In this document: in pieces, positions 54,401-63,400 of the stretch
Layout of the letters: the number at the start of each line of letters is the position of its first letter
Numbering within the stretch: the stretch's first letter is position 1
Source of the DNA: Lama guanicoe
Taxonomy: Eukaryota
Direction: 5' to 3'
Assembly: GCA_013239625.1 (NCBI GenBank)
Contig: MU054323.1
Location: 9,703,186-9,767,185 of the forward strand
DNA length: 64,000 nucleotides
The notes under the pieces: generated by a model
Told to the model about the DNA's origin: nothing
The model's input: the letters and a program-made list of their open reading frames with translations, nothing else
Databases searched by the model: none
Program-made: the position numbers and the translations under genes

Positions 54401-57400
54401 GTAGCTGTGAAAGGCTCCAGCTCTGGCTAGCTTAACAGTGTGGCAGAGGTCTTTAGAGAATTGCCTTTCCTTCAGTTGAAATGTTTGCTTGATTGGCATC
54501 ATTCTAAGGACCAAAATAAAATTTGCTTATCAAAAAACACCTTTCTTTGTCTTTTTAATCAGGAGTTCAGTCTGGTGTTACTGAAACTCCTCTTCCAACA
54601 CATGTTATTGAGCATCTATTCTGCCTTCCTCTGCACTCTGTGGGTGACTAGTAGTGAATGAGCTCAGCCTTTGAGCTTATGGTAGAATACAAATTACATT
54701 AATCTGAAGGGGCTCATGTAAACTAGATGCTTCATATGTGTCTATTTTTTTTTTCATGTTTCACATAGTTCTAATCAAAATGAGGGCTTAAATATTTTTG
54801 TTTCTCCATGTTTATTTGTATAATTCCTTCTTTTCTCCTGAAAATGGGCTCAGCGAAATTTCTGTACCCATTGGTTTTGAACAGCTACCACACTTGTTTT
54901 AGAACAAAGAGTTTTAGACAAGAAGTTACAGTCAAATGTACTTGATATGTGTGTGTGTTTACATATGTCTCCGTTTATATGTTTGCTGAAGGAGAAAAGA
55001 AGGCAGAGTTAGAACACAGTGACTGGAGGAGGTATATGGATTTATAATTTCCTGCCAAGTGTAAAGTGTTCTGATTAAGTGCTTTTAGTCCAAAGAAAGA
55101 AGGATCAGGAAGCAGCTAAAATAGCAGCTTTATGCAGAGTTCGGAAAGAATTGGAAGATGGAAAAAAAAATGCTCAGAGGCCAAGTTAGGCTTGGACATC
55201 AGACGGGAGGTGGGAGAAAGATATCTGAGTGAGGTGGAAGGGCAGGGGTCACCCTGCTTCTTTTCTCTCCACCACCTGGAGCTCTTGAACCTTGGATTTA
55301 AGCCCTTGACCACCCTGGTATGAACTAGTCAAGTTCATTCCAGGTATTCCCTTGAATGAAGTACAGCCATGACTTTGATTCATGGCCTATCTTTTGGAAG
55401 TCTATCCTGGTGGGCTGAATGCTAACGCTGTGTTCTCAAAATGTCTTGGCCTGGAAAAATATGGTGGAATTGAGGAGGGAGGCGCAGAAGAAAAATAACA
55501 ATAAATAGAGTACATTGGACTTTGTTAAAATAGAAATACTTCTCTCCTTGCCTCCCACGTGTATTCAATTTAAATGCATGAAAGGAAGTGAAACTTTGGG
55601 TGTGTCTTGAGGTTACTTTGAAGGCCATTAAACCATATTAGATGAGATGAAATTAGACTGGGCCTTGGAAGGCAACGAGCGGCCGTCCCCTGGACCTTCC
55701 AGCAGAATGTACCTGACGACTGGGCAGGGAAGAGCCTGTCCATTTTCTCAAGGTTTCCGGCTCAGGCTGGTTTTTAGTTACCATTGTGGTTTTTAGTGTC
55801 TTTTAGAATGTTGGTTAACCCCGGTGTGCCTCTGCTTCCTACTCTATAAAACGGAGCTAGTAACATCCACGTCATAGGCTTGTTTGGAGATGTGAGATAA
55901 CTAATGTAGAGCGTCTGGTTGGTGGCGGGGCGCACAGTATATACTCAGCCAAGCGCTCTCCCTCATGATTTGCTGAAGAAAAGAAACAGTTCTCTTTCGC
56001 CTTCAAATCTTCAATTTGGGAGAACCAACCCCTTGGGAAATTCACATTCTCTCTGAATCCCTCAAACACAGAGAGGTGGATCTGCCACATCTGACAGGTG
56101 CTGATGGTGCGGGCATTAGGAAAGGTGGGGCACTCTTTTGTGAAACCTATGTGTTGATTCAATCTCTCTCACTGGCTTCCTCACCCTCTACAGTTCAGGA
56201 GGGGACAGCTACCTGGAGAAGGTGACCACCTTACCGAGTAAGTAACCACCAGGGGTTGGAGTCTGTCCACTGAGTCCGTCTGATCCCCCAGGCTTCCTAA
56301 AAGCACCTCCCAGCTAAGAAAGGGGGCGATGACATCCTCCTTACAGACTGCCACTGAGATGGGAGGAGAGGTCTGTGCACAGGGGGCTGAAAGGGTGAAA
56401 TAAATACTGTATTTGGAACCTGAAGACCTGGGTTCAAGCCCTGGCCCTTCTCTGTGCTGGCCAGGTGCCCTGGGGCAGGTAACCAAACATTCTGAGTCTC
56501 AGATTTCTTCAACTGTCCCAGAAGGTGCAGAGACAATCAAATGAGACAGTGAGCATTTGCTGAACTGTGAATTGTAGAGGAAAAAAGAAAGAAAGAAAAG
56601 CTGAGCGGCCCTTGCTGCCTTGGCCCAGTGTGTCATCAAATCATTTTTTTCGTTTGTTTTTCAAATGGGCTTGCCCCCTTCTTTTTTTTTAATTTTTTTT
56701 TTAGAGGGGAAGTAATTAGGTTTATTTATTTATTTTTCACAAAGGTACTGGGAATTGAACCCAGGACCTTGTAAATGCTAAGCAAAAGCTCTACCTCTGA
56801 GCTATACCCTCCCCCTAAGTTGTTATAAATCAGAGAGGCCCCATCTCCTATCAGGCAAAAACTCCACCTTCCACCCTAAGCTCTCTGTGCCCTGTGCACC
56901 CCTTCCTCTTCCAGATATCCTTCGGAAGTTTAACGGAAACCTCACAGGCTATGCAGTGGGCACAGGGGGAGCCAACGACACGAATGCATTCCTCAATCAG
57001 GCTGTTCCTGGAGCAAAGGCTAAGTACGGCATTTGGGGAGGGGGCTGTCGGGTAGAGAGTGGGAGGCATGTAGCCCCTTTAAGGTTGTAATAGTGACCTC
57101 TGTGTGCAAAGAGGATGTTTATCATTTACAGCAATGATTTGAGAGGCTCTTGGCCCCCGTCTTCCCTGGCCGCCCCTGTGACCTAGGCTGCAAGGAGGAC
57201 AGAGGGCTGGACCCGGGACAGGAGCCCTGCCCCTAGATCCTGGCCTCTCGGCCTTGCTTTCCTTTGCAGCACATTCCAATCATTCAACTAACTGAACAAC
57301 CTCCAATTTTTAAATCTTACCATGGCATAATGGTGCTGGAAAGATTCACTCTCTCCAAAGCCTTACAAGAGGCAATTTCCCCCAAAAGATCAGGGAGTGC

Positions 57401-60400
57401 CAACCAAATGGAGGGGCAAGCCAGAAACTCCAGCCTTAGAGGCTGCATAGAGCGGCAACAAGTCATGTCCTGTCCCCACCGCTGCTTCGGAGCTAACAGG
57501 AAACATAGCTGAGAAACCAGAGGCAGCGGCAGCAGACTGCTCCGCTCCCCCAGCATCGCCTCCCACGGAGGCCTCTTGCCCCGCTCCTGGGAGCCTCAGC
57601 AGCCTGGGTCTCCTTGCTCCCGGCCCAGCCTGGGAAGACCCTTCTTGGGAATAGAAACGGGCCTTGGGGGGGCAGGCGCCACCACCAGGTGCCAGGAGAT
57701 CATGGTTCTGTGGATCCATCTCACACTCTAACAGGGGCCTAAACTAGTGGGGAGCTTGGGATGCCTGAGATCCGGTCTTTCCATGAATTATAAACCCAGA
57801 TATGTGTAGAGTTATTCTTCACGTCTTTCTAAAAGAAGCATTTAGCTAAGTTTATTTTTAAAAAGACACAAATAACATATACATAAGAGAGAAAAATCAC
57901 CACCACTGGTGGGGTGAGGAGGGGAAGAAGTATGAGCCTTTTTACAATTATTGTGCCTGAGTACCAAACTGTCAGCTTCCTAGCAGCCAGGGTAAAAAGA
58001 GGAAGCATGCCAAAACTTTCCCAGATCTAATTTCAGGATCTATACCAGTTCTTCAAATGAGACAGACAGTTTCCTAGCATGGAATCCTAAAAGACACTTC
58101 GCATGTGGAGTCTTAGAATGGAGACTGTGAATAACAAGTATAATCGACAGTACCCTTGACTCCAGCTTTCGGACAAACACAACTGGCTTTTCAAAAGGTT
58201 ATCCACTGTAATACTAGCCAGAACAGGCAAGTAGCTCCTTGTCCCCAAGCATCAGGGTCTCTGCCAGCTGGGGGTGGGCGTAGGAGGTTAATGCATGGAA
58301 ACCTCCAGTTCAGGCCTTTTAGGATGAAAAATCCAGGCACTGCTCCTCAACAGGACTGATTTCCTCTCCTTCTCAGGGACCTTGCGAGCCAAGCCCAGAC
58401 TCTGATACAGAAGATGAAAGATGACCATGTGAGTGAGATTTATGGTTGTTTTTACACACTAGCTTTCTGACCCACTAAAGTCCCCAGGTGGAATGATTTG
58501 CCATGAAAACAGTGAGCCCCCGTCACTGGAGGCGTTCAAGCAGCAGTAGGGCAGCCCCTGTCCAAGGCCCCCTGAAGGAGATTACGTCAGCTGGAGGGAG
58601 GTTTGCTCTTGATCGCAATGACCTTGAGAGTCCCTCCTGATGCTAAGAATCTGTGGTCTATAAATAAACCTGTAAAGTTCTTTCATCTCTGAGATTCTGA
58701 TTAGGTTATTTCAAGTGGGCAAGGAAGTTTTAGAGGGTTGAATAGATTTCCTAGAGCCATGGTGTTTTTTGTTTATTTGTTGGAAATCATCAAGCATCTT
58801 CTTCCCTTTGTATAGAGAGTAAATTTCCAAGAGGACTGGAAAGTCATCACGGTGCTGATTGGAGGCAGTGATTTATGTGACTACTGCACGGATTCGGTAA
58901 GGGGGGCGGGCCAGCCTGCTCATTGCTTTCAACTCTGACCTGTAGGCGTTGGAGATCCTTTTTGAGAACAGTCCCTAGAATGAACCCTAGGGTTGTCCAG
59001 CTTTCCTGTGTGTGTGCACGCACTCACACACTATTCACACACATGCATGTGCATGCACACTTCTTACCCCACGACCCTCAGGTTTCTGGCTCCAACTTCA
59101 TGCCCCAGGTAGGGTGAGGTCGCAGGTTGCAGATACTTGGTACTTCTGTTCCCCTTCCTCACAATTCCTGAGAATTCAAAAAGAGAAGCAGCAGTAAATC
59201 CCAAGCAGTGGGAAGGAGGACGTGACACTTTCTGCTTCTGAACGAAAGCTCTGGCTGAAGGTTCCAGTCTTCTGTCTGCCCCATCTTTGACAACAGCAAA
59301 TAGTCAACTCTTCATCTCAGATTCTGACATGATGAGCTGGTCACAGCTGGAGGCCAAGGGAGAACAAAGCCTTGGGGCTGGAGCCAGAAGTGGGGCTACT
59401 TCTGCCCTGCTGCCCTCTCTCCCTAACCAGCTCCTCTTCTCCCTCCTGTCTCTTCCCAGAATCTGTATTCTGCAGCCAACTATTTTGACCATCTCCGCAA
59501 TGCCTTGGACATCCTGCATAGAGAGGTGGGTTGGGGGACTCCCACAAGCTGGACACAGCTCAACCACGGCAGGGATAAAGTGGATGCGGGAAAGAGGGTG
59601 AAATATCCCTTCCCATGAATGAGGCAGCCAAGGTCGTGGGCCCTTGTCTTTTCCAGAGTTTGGGGCCTACCCCTAAGGAAGCCTCATTCTATTGGGAATC
59701 AGCCCAGAGGGTCTCAGGCTTGAAGAAGGGAAGGCAATGTGTTTACTAATTGTCCCCTCACCACTACCTGGGACATTCCCTGGGGGTGGCAGCTGGGTGG
59801 CTCCCAGGCTGGGCACGGCACTCTGAGCCACAGGGTGTGTCCACAGCAGGCCCGCCTCCAGTCCTGTGCCCAGTGTGTTCTCTCCCCATCCCCTGGAATG
59901 GACAAGCCTTTCCCGCTGCCCGGGATGGGGCACTCTGACCACCAGATGCTTCTCTGAGTGACGGAGACCCTGGCCTGCTCAGCAGAGGTAGTCCAGGTTG
60001 GGTTAGAGGGAAACAGTCAAGGGCTAATGTCCTGGCCAACAGGGCACCGACCTCACCAAGATTAAAGCTACTGGATTTGGGTTCACTGACCGATGGCTGA
60101 ATGGAGCTCTCAGTATTTAGAGTCGAGTCGGCCCTATTGTCTCAGTCCAGGAGGCCCATTCATGCTGCCGCCCTCGTGGGCCCCAGGGCATAGCTTGCAG
60201 GGTGACGACAGCTCTCAGAACTCCAACTCACAAGCAGCTGAGCTGAGTTCTGCCTGGATCCCCCCTTTCATCTGGAGCCTCACCCTTAGGTACCCAGGGC
60301 CTTGGTCAACCTCGTGGACTTCATGAGCCCCAGTGTCGTGCGGCAGGTGTTCCTAGGGAACCCTGACAAGTGCCCGGTGCAGCAGGCCAGGTAGGCGGGT

Positions 60401-63400
60401 GCTGGCTGCCCCGGCTGGAGAAGAACTCACCCAGTGTCACGGCTCATGCAATGGGGACTCCTCAGGGCCTCTGGGACTCTGTCCTTGTGTCTGCGAGTCT
60501 GTCAAGGGGTCTATGCCAGGACAACCTCTTCCTGGGAGATCAGAGCTAGGGTCCCCGTGTACCCAAGTTCGGGTGCCAGTGGGAACCTCTGTAAAACAGG
60601 ACCACAGTGCGGGAGGTCAGGGTTTGAGAGACAGTGCAGCCCAACCTGCGAAGGAGCAACATCCAGGGATGTGTACACACGTGGTCCAGCTATAACAGAA
60701 AGCATGGAAGTCATCCACGTGACTCAGTGGCCTTTGTGGGGGAGAGGCAAACTGGGGAGGGAGACAGGGAACTTCCATTTGGGAGCGTTTTGTTTCTTAA
60801 GTTGGGTGAGAGGTAGACAGGGCTGTGTTTTTTATTCTTCCTATCTTATACATACATTTATTCATTTAACAACTACTTTTTGAAATTTTACTGTGCACGA
60901 GGTACTATTCCGAGTGCTTTAGAGATATCTTTTTTGGCCTTAAGGATATTTTATGGGTGTGAAATAATTCCTAATAAAACAAAAGGAGACACAGTGGGGC
61001 AGTAGTGTGAACTCAGGAGGTGTCTGAGGGCCTGAGCACTGGGGACCCCGAGGCATCAGCCCCAGTGCTGGAGGACGCGCTCGCGCTTGATTCTTAAACA
61101 CTGAACGTTGGACTTTCTTGCCTAAATGCGTCTGTTCAGTGTGATGTGCTGCAGTCCCCGGGCCCACCCGCTAACGTTTGTGCTCTGTTCACATAAGAGG
61201 GTGCGCATCCACGCACCCTTGGGACGTCATCCAGTCCCTGAATCAGGCCCGAAGCTGCCCCTGAGCCCCTGTGGCAGGGCCTCCTGAGCCCAGGCTTGGG
61301 TGGGGCAGCCCCTCCCCCCACCGCACCCCTCCCACAGAGCCAGCCCCTGACACCCTGACCACAGCTTCTGCTCTGGGTCCTCCTGCCTCCCTCTTCATGC
61401 AGCATTTTGTGTAACTGTGTTCTGACTCCACGGGAGGGCTCCCAAGAGCTGGCCAGGTTGGAGGACGTCACCCAAGCCTACCAGGTAAGACCAAGAAGGT
61501 GTCTTCTCCCACTTGGTGAACTCACCAGCCCAGAGCACCCTGGGGAGGCGACCAGGAAGGGAAGAGCTGACCAGGGCTTGAGGAGTAACATCACCCTTGG
61601 GGCCCCTTCCTCTGTCCACTTGGCTGCGGTGTCTCTGGCAGGCACCCCACTAAGAGTCATCCCGAAGGAATCCAGGTGGCCAAGTCCTCACAGCGAGCTT
61701 GGTGGCTCAACTCGGACATTTGGCCTAAAGAGGGCAGTAGCCCTGGGTGCCCCACGGGACCGCCTTTCCCTCCCCTGCACCCTGGAGGCCCAGCTGCCTC
61801 AACCCTCCCACCCCTGCCTCCCCAACAGGCCTCCCCAACACCCCTGAGTGGGAATGTTACAGGTCCTGAGCCCAGGGCCCTCTGGAGACTCCTCGGGGTT
61901 GGAGTGCAACTTCCTGCCTCACCCTTCAGAGCTTGCAATCCACTTAAAACCAAAACCAAAAGGTTTACCACGTGGTTTCCAGTACTCTGGAGATTTGCCA
62001 TCAAGGGTGTTTGTGTTCTCAAAAGAGCTGGGTCAGCCCACCTGTCGAGGGAGATGGGGACGGGGACGCTGCCACCACCCCCACCCTTGCCCCACCGGTC
62101 ACCTGGCATCCCAGGGCCTGTGTTCAATGCACCCACGCGTCTGTCTCCAGAGCAGCATGCGCGAGCTGGTGGAGTCCGGTCGCTACGACACACGGGAGGA
62201 CTTCTCCGTGGTGCTGCAGCCCTTCTTCCACAGCATTCGGCTTCCCGTCCTGGCGGTACGCTCCCTGCACCCCCCCGCCAGGGCTCCCAAAGGGAAGAGG
62301 AAGTTCAAGGCAGAAATGCCAAGTGCCTCTGTGAGAGTGGGAACGAACGGGCTAGACCCAGGCAGGTGTCCAGCTGCTGGGCTGGGGGGCGCAGCGTCCT
62401 TGAACTGCGTTCCCAGAGGCAGTCCACTGTGAGATGTGCTCCTGACCACTCATAGCAGCTTCCACTTTACTGAGCACCTACTATGTGCTGGGCACTGTGC
62501 ATCCCATACATAAAATCGGCACAGCCACCCTTTTGAGGTGAGCTTTATCATTCCCACACACCAGAGGCTCAGAGACGTGAAACGTCCTTCCTAAAATCAT
62601 ACAGGAAATAAGGAACAGAGAGGCAAGATTTGAACACGTCTGACTCCAGACAGTTCTCTTTCTGCCCCCCACACACTGCTGCAGCTACAAAGGAGAGTGG
62701 TGTTTCCGCCTGGCCACACTGTCCACCTGCCACTTCCACTCTGAGCAGAAGAGCTCTGTGCATGGGCCAGGATGGGCCTCAGCTGTGTCCACCTGGGCCT
62801 CCATCCCAAAGGCCTCACCTACATGGAGGGAAGCTGGAAGAAGCTTTGAGCACCTAGGCTTTGCCCAGGCCTGCCCAAGGCTCGGCCCTCCTTTCCCCAC
62901 CGAGACCGCTGGGAGCGGCTGGCCAAGGGCTGGGACATAGTCTATCCCAGCTGGCCGGCCAAGGCTTCCCCAGGGCCTACGCTTTCAGTCCCTCCACCAT
63001 AGCACAAGTTACATAGATGTGCCTAAAAACAAACGCAGCACTTTAAAAATTAACGGTGGGGAATTGTGGGGCCAGAAAGAAGGTTGGGGGCCCTGTAGGA
63101 AGCCAAAGGCTGGGAGTACCCCGAGGGGGCGGAGGGTGTTGAGAGGTCAACCCCAGGGGTCAGACCACCAGCTGAGGCCTGCTTTCCACCCTCTGCACTG
63201 GTGGGAACTTAAGGACATCTGTTTCTCTCCTTCAGGATGGGCACCTGGATATGTCCTTCTTCGCTCCAGACTGCCTCCACCCAAGTCAGAAATTCCACTC
63301 CCAGCTCTCCAGAGCCCTTTGGGTCAATATGGTAAAATAAGCAGGGTGCCCAGGTTCTCTGGGGTTCGAGTCTAGAGCAAAGCGCCAGCCCTCTATGGAA

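Noticed and set aside
61676..62455. 259-aa and 194-aa ORFs
   Set aside because: The 194-aa ORF is read-through of the 62151-62255 exon; the 259-aa ORF is out of frame with it and has no domain signature.
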